Positions 1 to 12,200 of a DNA stretch of 64,000 nucleotides are shown in pieces. The stretch spans positions 79,324,286 to 79,388,285 of the forward strand of contig NC_057721.1 of the NCBI RefSeq assembly GCF_004010195.1, read 5' to 3'. The notes beneath the pieces are model-generated. The model made no database searches and was not told the origin of the DNA. It was given only the letters and a program-made list of their open reading frames with translations. This DNA is from Chiloscyllium plagiosum. Its lineage: Eukaryota. Position 1 is the stretch's first letter. Every line of letters starts with the position of its first letter. The translations under genes and the position numbers were made by a program.

Positions 1-1756
1 GTAACACAGAATTTATAGCAAAAATTTGCAGTGTGATGTAACTGAAATTATACATTGAAAAATTGATTGTCTGTAAGCCTTTCATCTGTTAGAATACAGT
101 GATAGTTTCACTTCTTTCATGTGTAAATCACAAAATCTTTTTTTAAAAAGTTGCATTCTCGGGTTAGCTGTTAACAATGGTGATAGCTCGACAATGTGTT
201 GAAGGTGTTAGCCCCCTGTGTTCTCTGTCTATGACCTGATGTTTAGATTGATTCTAATCTAAAAAGTGAGATAACAGAGTTTTACATAAATTCATGCAGT
301 TTTTGAGCTCAGAGTTCGACATGAATGTATGCAGTTTTTGAACTAAGTACAATGTAACCCTGCAAGTACAAATTCACCCCACAAACTATATGTGTGCATG
401 TGGGTCTTTGTCTGTCTGTGTGTGTCTGTCTGCCTGGGGTGGGGATTGTGAGTGTGAGAAAGTGTGTGTGTGTGTGTAGTGAGTGCAGAGTGTCTTAGGT
501 CTGTGAGGGAGTGCATGTGTGAGTGTGGGAGTGTGTGTGTCCATAAGGGTGTGTGTGGGTGTCTGTGTGCGCATCTGTGTGCACTTGTGTCCGTGTGTAT
601 GTGAGAGTGTGTGTGTAGGAATATCTGTGTGTGTGTGTAGTGCAATGGTGATCACCTGTAATATAACATGAACCCAAGGTCCCGGTTGAGGCCCTCCCTA
701 TGGGTACCGAACTGAGCTATCAGCCTCTGCTCGGCCACTTTTCTCTGCTGCCTGTCCCGAAATCCACCTTGGAGGATGGTCACCCGAAGGTCCGAGGCTG
801 AATGTCCTGGACCACTGAAGTGTTCCCCAACTGGGAGGGAACCCTCCTGTCTGTTGATTGTTGTACGGTGCCCATTCATCCGTTGTCGTAGCCTTTGCTC
901 GGTTTCCCCAATGTACCATGCCTCCAGGCATCCCTGCCTGCAACGTATAAGATAGACAACGTAGGCTGAGTCACATGAATATCTGCCATGTACAAGGTGG
1001 GAGGTGTTCCCACGCATAATGGTGGTATCTATGTCCACACTCCGCTGAAGCTCCTCGACTGCTGCCTGAACTGCTGTGCTCTTCCAGCACCATTGATCCA
1101 CATCTTGCAGCGTCCACCGTGACAGGGTTGTATGGAATTGTCCTGAGAGCCGGACAGTTTGCTACGAACAATGATCTGTTTGAGGTTTGGCGGTTGTTTA
1201 AAGGCAAGTAGTGGAGATGTGTGGAAGGTCTTGGTGAGGTGCTCATCCTCATTGATAATGTGTTGCAGGTCACAAAGAACATGGCATAGTTTTTCAGCCC
1301 CTGGGAAATACTGAACAATGAAGGGTACCCTGTCAGTTGCAGCCCGTGTCTGTCTCCTGAGGAGGTCATTACGGTTCCTTGCTGTGGCACGTCGGAACTG
1401 GCATTCGATGAGTTGAGCATTATATCCCGTTCTGCAAGTACAAATTCACCTCATAAAATATATGTATGCATGTGGGTCTTTGTCTGTCTGTGTGTGTCTG
1501 TCTGGGGTGGGGGTTGTAAGTGTGTAAGTGTGTGTGTGTAGGAATATCTGTGTGTGTGTGTAGTGCAATGGTGATCACCTGTAATGTGACATGAACCCAG
1601 TGGTCCAGGACATTCAGCCTCAGACCTTCGGGTGACCATCCTCCAAGGTGGATTTCGGGACAGGCAGCAGAGAAAAGTGGCCGAGCAGAGGCTGATAGCT
1701 CAGTTCGGTACCCATAGGGCGGGCCTCAACCGGGTCCTTGGGTTCATGTCACATTA

Positions 1757-1878
1757 NNNNNNNNNNNNNNNNNNNNNNNNNNNNNNNNNNNNNNNNNNNN
1801 NNNNNNNNNNNNNNNNNNNNNNNNNNNNNNNNNNNNNNNNNNNNNNNNNNNNNNNNNNNNNNNNNNNNNNNNNNNNNN
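1757..1878. other. assembly gap (122 N)
   Basis: Run of n. Confidence 1.
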
Positions 1879-2226
1879 CATTCATGTAGAACTCTGAGCT
1901 CAGAAACTGCATGAATTTATGTAAAACTCTGTTATTTCACTTTTTAGATTAGAATCAATCTAAACATCAGGTCATAGACAGAGAACACAGGGGGCTAACA
2001 CCTTCAACATATTGTCTAGCTATCACCATTGTTAACAGCTAACCCGAGAATGCAACTTTTTAAAAAAAGGTTTTGTGATTTACACATGAAAGAAGTGAAA
2101 CTATCACTGTATTCTAACAGATGAAAGGCTTAACAGACAATCAATTTTTCAATGTATAATTTCAGTTACATCGCACTGTAAACTTTTGCTATAAATTCTG
2201 TGCCTTACAATTGTGCCCTCCACAAT

Positions 2227-2261
2227 CACCTGATGAAGGAGCGTCGCTCTGAAAGCTAGTG
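2227..2261 (+). ncRNA. minimal hammerhead ribozyme motif (PLE family B)
   Basis: CAC-CTGATGA-A-GGAGC gtc GCTCT-GAAA-GC-TA-GTG: catalytic core, stem II, palindromic AGCT stem III and 3-bp stem I. Confidence 0.7.
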
Positions 2262-2824
2262 TGCTTCCAATTAAACCTGTTGGACTATAACCTGGTGTTG
2301 TGTGATTTTTAACTTCCTGCCTAGCAGTAGTTCCCCAAGTAATTGTCAGTGTGTTTTTCGTAATAATATAGAATAGGCAGTGAACTGCAGAATGTAGGCG
2401 GTCACATTTTCTGCTCGAAATGTTGGTAAAGTTACAAATTATTTTTCAGCGTCCGTTATAAATATTCAAGAGCTCAGAAACTGGATAGTCAGTCAAACAG
2501 TTCCCTGATGGTGTTTATGCTAGTTCTGATTCGGAGATGCCGATGTTGGACTGGGGGTGGACAAAGTTAAAAAGACATCCACAAGTGTCTCAGCCTTGAA
2601 TATACTGAATAACCCAGCCTCAATGACTCTGCAGGAAATAATAGCTCAAATTCACAACACCCTGAGAGAAATAATTCCCCCTCATCTCTGTCAGGAATGG
2701 GCAGACCCCAGTTCTGAGATGCTGCCCTCTGGTCCTAAACCAGAGGTGAAAGAGGGGTCTCAGACCCAGTGAGGCAACTTGAAAGCATTGTCTTTGTTTA
2801 CAACATGGAAACAGTGAAACTCAC

Positions 2825-2954
2825 AGTCTCCCAGGTTATATCCTAAATATCCATCCAATCCATTTTCCTTGAAAATCTTGCCAACTTCACATTTCTCAAA
2901 GATAACGGCACCCGTGGCAGTGAGCAGCAGACTGAGAGCAACAAATGTCTTCAT
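2825..2954 (-). CDS. c-type lysozyme family gene A, first coding exon (remaining exons not in window)
   Basis: Encodes MKTFVALSLLLTATGA|VIFEKCEVGKIFKENGLDGYLGYNLGD+T: signal peptide, C6 and the GLDGY motif. 130-nt phase-1 exon ends at a GTGAGT donor, same length and phase as genes B and C. Confidence 0.9.
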
Positions 2955-5034
2955 CGTCTGAGGCTAAAATATTCAGTTCCACTCACAATCTTCCCCAAAC
3001 TGGAGTCTGCATTACAAGAGGAGGAAGAAAAATTACTTTTTAAATTGTTAAATATCCCAGTGAGTTAACAATAACCAGAGGGTGGTTGTTACAAACAGAC
3101 TGTGATTGAGGTTCCCCATTTCATTCCGCTCCCACACCAGTAACCCCCCCAACTGTCACATTCCCGGGTGTGAGGGGATGGACTGGTTCCCCTCTTTCTC
3201 CACCCAGCCCCTCGGTTGGTTAGACACTTGTGGATGTCTTTCTCCCAAACCACATGAACCGATACCTTCAAAGGAACAATTTAAACAGGCTTTCTGGTAT
3301 TAGCCAGAAGTTCTGAGTTTTTTAATGCCTAAAAATAGGCAAATTAATAACACAATATACATACACATGGATTAGAAATTAGAGGCTATTCCAAAAACAC
3401 TACAATGTAAAAAGAACAAGATGTATTCCTGAACAGATTCAGAGTTGTACGCAAAGTGCAGACAGTTGAACGTTACAGGCGTTTCCGTGGAAATTACTGA
3501 TAGCCTTGGTGCTGCAAGTTGAACAGTCAGATTCACAATCCTCTGATTTACAACTTTGTGAAGATTCTGTAGTTCTGATTTCTTTTAACAGTGACTGAAT
3601 TCCAGTATTCAGGATCAGCAAAAATCCATTTATTGCTCTGTTTCTTTCTGTCAGGTTTGCAGTACTTGGAGAGATTGTCATCTTTACCTGTAACACAGGG
3701 GTCCTTCTCATTATTTGACTGTGATGTGTCTGACATAGTAGGGTTTGGTTGGTACATACAGGAATGTTCAGTCCCACAATGACACTGGGGGACTAGCAAG
3801 TGATGCTGGTCTGGACAGGTGTGCTCACACCTCATGAAAGATTATTTACAAAATCCTTTCTCCCATAGGCAACACAATCTGTGAATATAGTCTTGCAATT
3901 TTCAATGGACCCTGGTTGCAATCGCAGCAGTATGATGAAAATCTACAGACCCTCAGAGTCAGCAGGATCCCCCAAATTCTTGACCTTTCAATCACAACCC
4001 ACCAAAAGTGGAAGAGACTGCAGATCACACTTTGAACTCCTCTGTCATTTCAGAACCCACCAAAACGGACAGGAAGTAAGTGATCCATCATGGACCATGG
4101 TTAAGTCCTTACTGACTGACCCGGTAGAGCAATGGGAACCGCGGTTGCAAGTTTCACTGGAACGTTTGTCCCTCTGACTGTACACAGTCCCTCAGTACTG
4201 CACAGAGTTCACCCACCTGGATTATGGGCCCAAGCTGGGGGTGTGTGAATTGAGCTGGAACTGTAAGTGCCTCCCCCGATCTGGTTGCACTTGACCCTGG
4301 TCGGCTCATTCCACAAGGACACCTTTCCAGATACACAGAGTGGGAGAGACAGCTACCCACCTCACAGGGATGGAGTTGGAACACTCTTCACTCACGGCAC
4401 TGTATTCTGATCATGCAAAGTAATTACACTGTGAGATGTGGGTTTCTTTAAGCCACCTCCTGAAGCTGCATCGATTTACAGATTTCCTTTCCTAAGCTAT
4501 TGCCCAGTTACACATCGGAATAATTGTACAGACTTACTGTGTGTTAGAAGGAAACGGGCTGGGTGAACAGGCTGTCCCTCAGACCCCTCTGGCAAATAGA
4601 GACAGATATCCCCACCTTAAATCCAGTGGGCAGAATGAGATCACTGTCCTTTCTAATCCCATCCGCCCCTTCATAACTGAAAACAACATGTTCCTCTCTC
4701 ACTGCCAACAGGAGCTAATGTGACATTTCCAATTATTGAACTCTGGTTTTGGCAACTCTCCCCTTCCTGGAAGCTGGGGCTGAGAGACAGAAGGAGGGAC
4801 GGTGGATTGGGGTGTGTAAAGGCTGGGTGGGTTAATGAGCTGGAGACATATTCAACAGGACTCAGTGTCCAACAGTTTTTCAAAGCACCGAGTGAGACAT
4901 GGTGTCCATGCCCAATGTGGTCAACACCTTGTCATTAACCCCAATGTCCTGCTTGGGATAGAACATCATGTCCTTGCGCTAACAGCTTGATGTTTAAATA
5001 TTACAGCAGCACAAAATATCACTAACCAGTGATT

Positions 5035-5348
5035 AGATTCACTACAGTATCGAATCAGGCCCTTCGGCCCAACAAGTCCACACCATCCCTCCAAAGACTC
5101 ACCTACCGATGTCCATTCTCTGATCCTGTATTTACTTCTGACTAATACACCTAACACTGTGGGGTAGTTTAGCTTGGCCAATTCACCTGACCTGCACATC
5201 ATTGGATTGTGGGAGGAAACCGGAGCACCCGGAGGAATCCCACGGAGACACGGGGAGAATGTGCAAACTCCACACAGTCAGTCGCCCGAGGTGGGAATCG
5301 AACCTGATGCTGTGAGGCAGCAGTGCTAACCACTGAGCTACCATGCCA
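5035..5348 (-). mobile_element. tRNA-derived HE1-like SINE
   Basis: Reverse complement has the ...gctcagtggttagcactgctgcctcacagc...ggttcgattcc head, conserved core and a LINE-like tail. Confidence 0.85.
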
Positions 5349-5471
5349 TTCCAATGCGATAATAAAGATTGTTGATGCTATTTCCTTTACTGCATTTTCT
5401 TATGCAGAAACATCTCCAACTTGGGACCTCTAGCATCTTCATGTATTCGAGGTCTGTTACATAAAAAAAGA

Positions 5472-5740
5472 TAAAAATCATACACCAGGTAACAGTCCAA
5501 CAGGTTTATTTGGAAGCACTAGCTTTCAGAGCGCTGCTCCTTCACCAGGTGGTTGTGGAGTGTAAAATCATAAGACACGGAAATTATAGCAAAATTTATA
5601 TGATCGCCTACTCCACAATCACCTGATGAAGGAGCAGTGCTATGAAAGTGAGTGCTTCCAGTTAAACCTGTTGGACTATAACCTGGTGTTGTGTGATTTT
5701 TAACTTTGTCCACCCCAGTCCAGCAACAGCTCCATCACAG
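5472..5740. mobile_element. fold-back derivative of PLE family B
   Basis: About 80-bp inverted arms, each with a degenerate hammerhead core; flanked by cataaaaaa(a)ga duplication. Confidence 0.75.
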
Positions 5741-8383
5741 CATAAAAAAGAAAGATTTACAAAGATGAGCAGGTTATAGAACTTGTCTGGGTGGATTTGT
5801 GAAGTAAAGAGGGATAGAGGTTATTAATGGCTACTGTCACAGCAGATAATGAGGCAGGATACACAGAAATCAATGAAGCTTATTGGGGAGAATATATAAT
5901 CAGAGATGTTAATTTTCACTCAGGCAATGGGAAGTCAAGCAGCATGAATTCCAGAGGCAAAATCTTGAGTTAATTCAAATCTGCTTTTTGGAACAATAAA
6001 GAAAACTTGAACAATTTTTGAACAAACCAGAAAGCTGGCCACAATTAATTTAATACAAATTACCTTTAAGTGATGAAGCACTGAACTAATAGTTACCATA
6101 CTATAATACTTTAATATTTATGACAGAAAAGAGTGATTCACAGAATAATGTTTAAAGTTTAGGTCAGACGGACATTGGAGGGATTTGGGTGAGGCAGGGT
6201 TTAACCACAAGTGATTCCACTTCACAGAATCATCCTGTGATCTCTGTTTATTTCAAAATGACAGGCTGGAATGTAGGGAATTGGGAAGATCTTCCATTAC
6301 TCTAGCAAAAGAAAGAGAGATACAGCAAAGACCTAGGAGTGAAAGTAATTTGAAACAAATCTGATAAATGGATGTTGCAAAGGGATAAATTTGGATCAAG
6401 CTGCTGATACGGTGACATTAGATCTGTTCAAGGTCTTCTTGTGTCAGTAGAGTTGAGGTCTTAAAGTCTTGAGTTTCGACTGAATGAATAATCTCCTGTT
6501 CCAATGTTTCTTTCCTTATCTTTCTGATAGCTAAGGAGTGGCAATGTGTTCTTTCCGAGAACAACAGATGGTACATTTCCTTGAGAAAGGGGAACACTAT
6601 TTCTTAAAAATAACTTTAACTCCGGAAATTCCTTTTCAAGTTAGAGTAAAAAGAAAACTACAAAACATACTTGAGCAAGATAAAGATCATGGTGTCACTT
6701 TAATATAGAGTTTTTCTTAACAAGGGGGTTGAGATTAAACTATAGCTCCTTGATTTATATGGAGTGCTTTGCAGAAGGGTTAAAGTGAAGACATTTACTT
6801 TAATTCCTTCATGTGCTATCACTAGGTTGCAGTGGAAACTTGCAGTTGATGGTGTTTCCACTTGTATGCCTTACTTGCTTTCCTCCCTGAGTTTCAAAGC
6901 TGTTGTCGCGAGAGCTTTTGTCAAAGTTATTTCAATGCCTCTTGTGAATAAGACACACTACTGCCACCATTCACAATCGATGAGGGAGTGAGTAGATAAG
7001 GTGATGATCGACATGCAAGTCAAACGGGGTGCTTGGTCCTGGATGGTGTCAAGCTTCTTGAGTATTGTCAGAGCTGTGCTCATCCAGATAAGTGCAGAAT
7101 ATTCCATCACATTCCTGCCACGTGTCTTGTAGAAGGTGGAAAGCCTTTGGAGAATCAGGAGGTGAGTTATGCACTGCAGAATTCCCAGCATCTGATACAT
7201 AAGGGCAAGTTGTCACATTGTCTATATTGACTGCTGGTCCATTAAATCTCAATTATTAAACTATTTCGCTTGTGTAAAAACCTCTCCAGTGATTCAACAC
7301 CTCCTCAACTCTGTAGTCTCCTCAAGACCAGGAACTGTGTGTTCCTCCAATTTCCTTCAGCACAACACTATTGGCCCTGCCTTCAGCTTACTATGCTCTA
7401 ATCTGAGTAATTTCCACTCCAAAGCTCAATGTCTCTCTATCACACTCAGCTCTCGCCCTTAAAATGCACCATAAAGACACATCTTTATACTTCTTACTAC
7501 TCATTCATGGATGTGAATGGCGAGATCCATTCTCTGCTTGCCTAGAGTCAATCTCATTGCTGTCAGATTTCCCTCTCTCGTGGAGACCAGTGAGCCCAGC
7601 AGCTTTCTAAACAACAGTTGATCGCAGTCAACATTGGGCCAACTCCTGTTAAAGTTTTGCGCAAATCAAACGTCACCATCTGTGATGCTGCGATTCAAAC
7701 CTGTCACTGGTACATTGGCCTCGGGTTACTGGATTACTAAGCCAATAATACAACCACCACGACACCATTACCTCCCCTTTTGTACAGTGATACAGCACGA
7801 AAACAGACCCTTTGGTTCAACCAGTCCATGCCGAACATAATCCCAAACCAAACAAGTCCCATTTGCCTGCTCCAGGTCCATATCCCTCCAAACTTTTCCT
7901 ATTCATGTGTCAAGATATTTTACTAAATTATAGGTGTTATGTAAATGCAGGTTGCTTTAGCAGCCAATTTGCCATGACGAGAAATATTTGATTCAGACAT
8001 AGTTCAGATGGTTGACTCTTGGAGAAGTGTATGATTTAACTTATTGTATAAAAACAAGGAATTTCCCATCGACCAAATAATCTTCTGAAAACTAAATGTT
8101 CACCTTCGAAGAAAGAAGGATTGTTGTGCTCCCTGGAAAAGGCTTTTCTTAAAAAAGTAATGTTCTTGGAAATCTCATCATCTTGATGAGTTGAAGCCAA
8201 AACTTATCGACTGTTCAGAGATTGGTTATGTTTTACAAGATTGTTTTGATACGTGTGTAACAATGGTGTAGTAAAGAGTAGGTGGGGGAGGGGCGGACAA
8301 CAGACTCCTACCCGATTACAAAGGGAATAACTCTAATTCATATTTCTAGTTCAATAACTGCTTCTTGTGCCATGATCAGGAAA

Positions 8384-8513
8384 ATGAAGACCTTTCTCAT
8401 TCTCAGTGTTCTGCTCACAGGGGCAAGGCCTTATGTCTATCAGAAATGTGAACTTGCTCAACTATTGCGCAGGAATGGTTTGGATGGATATCGTGGGTAC
8501 AGTCTGGAAAACT
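8384..8513 (+). CDS. lysozyme gene B exon 1 (signal peptide + helix A)
   Basis: ATG at 8384 (an in-frame upstream ATG also at 8372); donor GTGAGT at 8514. Confidence 0.92.
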
Positions 8514-9230
8514 GTGAGTCTCACATTCTCTGTACAAGTCGGGTCAGCTGAAGATCCTCAACTCTAGTCGAACATTGTTTTTGCACTAAATAATTAAGTT
8601 CACATTCAGTTTTAAGTGCATTGCTTATGGCTTTTGTCGACTTACTTGTTTTGGTTACTGGACAGAGCAGTATGCTCAATTGTTCTAAGTCTGATTATGC
8701 GAGTCTGATTCCTGTTGACACTCCCTGTACTTGATGAGTTAAGCCTGGATGTGGATTGAGAGAAAAGGGTAAAAACCAACTATGGAAGTTTCTGGAAGCA
8801 AAAGGTTGGCACGGTGGCTCAGTGGTTAGCACTGCTGCCTCATCAGCACCAAGAACCCGGGTTTGATTCCACCCTGGGGTGACTGTGTGGAGTTTGCACA
8901 TTCTCCCCATTTCTGTTTGGGTTTCCTCCAGGTGCTTTGTTTTCATCCCACAATCCAAAGATGTGCAGGTCAGGTGGATTAACCATGTTAAATTGCCCAT
9001 AGAGGCCAGGGATGTGCAGGCTAGGAGGGTTAGCCATGGGAATGCATGGTTACAGAGATGGGGTTGTTACAGGATATTCTCCAGAGGGTCGGTGTGGACT
9101 CGATGGGCCAAATGGTCTGCTTCCACAATGTAGGGATTCTTTTCATAGAATAGAATCAAAGAGCTGTAAACATGAATTGTTTTTCAAAAAAATTGTAAAG
9201 AAAGACCTCCCCTCCCTTCCCCCCCCCCCC

Positions 9231-9261
<31 letters not shown>

Positions 9262-12200
9262 ATGCAGGTTTGTCATCTCTCCATATAGTTCTGGAATATA
9301 AAATATACAGTAATCAAACCACTCTAGCCTCAGAACAGAGGAAACACCCAGTTGATCTCAGCTCATGACACACTAAGTCTGGGCTGGAGATGGAAGACTA
9401 GGATATGGAGGATGGATGACTCCAAGAGGCCTTTGATAGTAAGGCATCCTGAGAGGAAGACTACCGATGGCAATTGAGCACCAGCCAGTGATCAGACTTT
9501 ATCTCTAAATGTTTCCTGAGATTGGGAACTGAAAGCTGGAAACTGAAAACTGAAATCCTCCATTTCTGGGTGAGAAATGGGTTTCCCGAGAACATGCAAA
9601 TTCAATACATCATGTGGTTTCCATTGCTATGGAATAGATTCTTTACAATTCAGCTCCGTTTTGTCATCTACATTCAAACAAGGAACAAGACCAGGCCATT
9701 CAGCCCTTCAGCCTGCTTCGCCATTCAATAAGATTATGGCTGACCCTGATTTTAACCTGACTGGCTGTGCTTTTCCAGCACCACACTCTTGACTCTGATC
9801 TTCAGCATTGGAGTGCTCACTTTCTTCCTGCAGCATGGCATGAGCTGGGAAGCCCTGCGTTGGACACTCTCAGGGGCGGCATATTGTAGCAGCAGAGGAG
9901 GGAAAGATGGGCTCTCTCTAAGTTATCTTCTTTAATTTTATTTCAAGTTAATGTGGATGCCACCTATGGATGGTGATGGTACACACTTTTCACTATACTT
10001 TGTATTGAATACACATGGTAATAAAAGGATATGCTATATTCTATTCTATTCTAAATGTCTGGTTAACTGGTCACCCAATTCTAATGAAAGTTGATAGCGG
10101 TGTGGCCATTTCGGTGACCACTGAACCAATGTTTAACAAACGTCTCTCCAAAATCCGACCCAAGGCCTCAGCTGGACTAAGAACCTACACCAGGGAACCT
10201 TTACAGGCTAAAGGTTGGACTTCGGTTCTGGTGTCTTATGAGAAGGAGCTGGTTCAGTTACCACTGATTGGGCCCAATTTTGCTGGCGTGAAATTGGCTG
10301 AGAAAGATTCACTGAGATTGGCTTATCATTTTTCGATTTGAAAACGGATGTCTGAGCGATGTCCTAATTAACCAAGCGCAAGATTTTCAGGAAGGTCCAG
10401 AGACTGTCCGAGGAGCCAAGGCCACCTTGCATGTTGACCAGGAAGTAATTCCACGAGTCCGTAAGGCCCACTTGGTGCCATTTACTTACGGGTAAAACAG
10501 AAAAACTGAGGACTGCAGATGCTGGAGAGTCAGAGTTAAAAAGTGCAGTGCCAGAAAAGTGCAGCAGGTCAGGCAGCATACAAGGAGCAGGAGAATCGAC
10601 GTTTCGGACATACACCCTTCATCAAGAATGTTGTGGGGGGGCAGTGCTGAGAGATAAACAAGAGGAGGTGTAGAGCTGGGGAAAAGGTAGCTGAGAAGGT
10701 GATAGGTAAATGCAGGTGGGAGGTGATGGCAACAGATCAGTGGAGAGGGTGGAGCAGGAAAATGGACAGGCGGAACACGTCAAGAGGGCAGGGCATAGTT
10801 GGAGGGTTGGAACTGGGATGAGGTGGGGAGGCAAGGGAGATAAGGAAACTGGTGAAATCAACATTGATTCCGTGTAGTTGGAGGGTCCCAAGGCGGAAGA
10901 TAATGTGTTCTTCCTCCAGACGTCAGGTGGCTAGGATTTGGTGATGGAGGAGGCCCAGGTAGAGGCAGAAATCAGGAGGCTGGAAAGTGAAAGAATCATC
11001 AAACCAGTGAATGCTTGTGGAATGAAAAATGTGTTACTGGAAAAGCGCAGCAGGTCAGGCAGCATCAAAGGAGCAGGAGAATCGACGTTTCGGGCATAAG
11101 CCCTTCTTCAGGAAGCCCTTCTTCAGTCTTGGGACCTTCTTGAAGAAGGGCTTATGCCCAAAACGTCGATTCTCCTGCTCCTTTGATGCTGCCTGACCTG
11201 CTGCGCTTTTCCAGCAACACATTTTCAGCTCTGATCTCCAGCATCTGCAGTCCTCACTTTCTCCATGTTTGTGGAATGGGCAGCGGCGAGCGCCCTGATT
11301 GTGAAGCCTGATGGGTCAGTTCACCTTTGTGGAGATTTTAAACAAACAATAAACCACTTCTCATAGCTGGATAAATCCACAATCCCTCTCATAGAGAGGG
11401 GATTTATACGCAAAGCTGGCAGGGAGACTGTACTTCATGAAGCTGGACATGTTCCTTGCATACCTGCAATTGCCGCTAGATGAGGATTTCCAGGAGTACA
11501 CTAAAATTAATACCATTAAGGTACGTGACTGCCTTTTTGGGTTCCGTCATCCTGTGCAATTTTTCAGCAGACAATGGGGAACATTTTACAAGGTCTACCC
11601 TAGGTCACCATTTATTTAAATGACATGCTAATAACAGGGAAGGCCAAGGAGGAGCACCTCATTATTTCTACCTGGTGGGTGTATGCCTTAGAAGAGAAAG
11701 ATGTGTTTTCCAGGCACCCCAAGTGATCTATTTAGATTACAGATTCAACAAGACTGGGTTACATCCATTGGAAGATAAAGTGAGAGTGATCACTTAAGAT
11801 GAAAGTCCCAAGTCTGTACCAGAGCTCAGTTCTTTCCTTGGGCTGGTGAATTATTAGGGAAAGTTCATACAGAACCTGGCCCCCATCCTGCCATCTTTGT
11901 GTCAACTCCTAAAAAAGGGTCAGCCTTGGAAATGGTCTTGTCGTCAAGTCATAGCTTTCAGGGAATTGACTAAATAGCTATCATCCTCTAAGGCTGGCAC
12001 ACTACGATCCCAAGTGAGATTTGATGATGACAATTGGTGCCTGTCCTTATGGCATCGGTGTGGTACCAGTCCATAAAGTGGGCCAATGGAGAGGAATGCC
12101 CCAACAGCTTATGCATTCAGCATTTTAGCTAATGCAGAACGTAAATACACTCAGATAGAGAAGGAAGGCTTGGCAGCCACATTTGGACTCAGGAAGTTTC

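Larger units (their letters stand above)
1..2315. mobile_element. Penelope-like retroelement (family B), inverted/tandem arrangement
   Basis: - strand ORF 652..1101 is a GIY-YIG endonuclease (VVYLIRC...WYIGET..RL..R..GH...GEHF...E..LI....T...GLN). 1-327 is the reverse complement of 1879-2208. A + strand partial copy of the endonuclease C-terminus starts at about 1598. TG-rich tracts at 390-640 and 1470-1560. Confidence 0.85.

Noticed and set aside
343-677. His/Thr-rich ORFs
   Set aside because: These are translations of TG/CA microsatellite-like tracts in the Penelope-like element.
652-1101. Bacterial UvrC-like or homing endonuclease (horizontal transfer)
   Set aside because: The inverted terminal repeats and hammerhead context identify it as a Penelope-like GIY-YIG domain.
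2825-2954. Gene A as an orphan-exon pseudogene
   Set aside because: Introns here are 2.2-12.4 kb, so the remaining exons can lie beyond the window edge; the exon and donor are intact.
3087-4085. Possible solo LTR just upstream of gene A (and another at about 35180-35690)
   Set aside because: TG start and composition are suggestive, but no second copy, PBS/PPT or TSD could be established.
8282-8551. ORF-track versions of the lysozyme exons (8282, 14990, 18247, 44247, 2760) as stand-alone proteins
   Set aside because: They are read-through into introns; homology begins and ends exactly at canonical splice sites.
8808-8880. tRNA genes (here and at similar heads)
   Set aside because: They are tRNA-derived SINE heads, always followed by the SINE core and tail, in many diverged copies.
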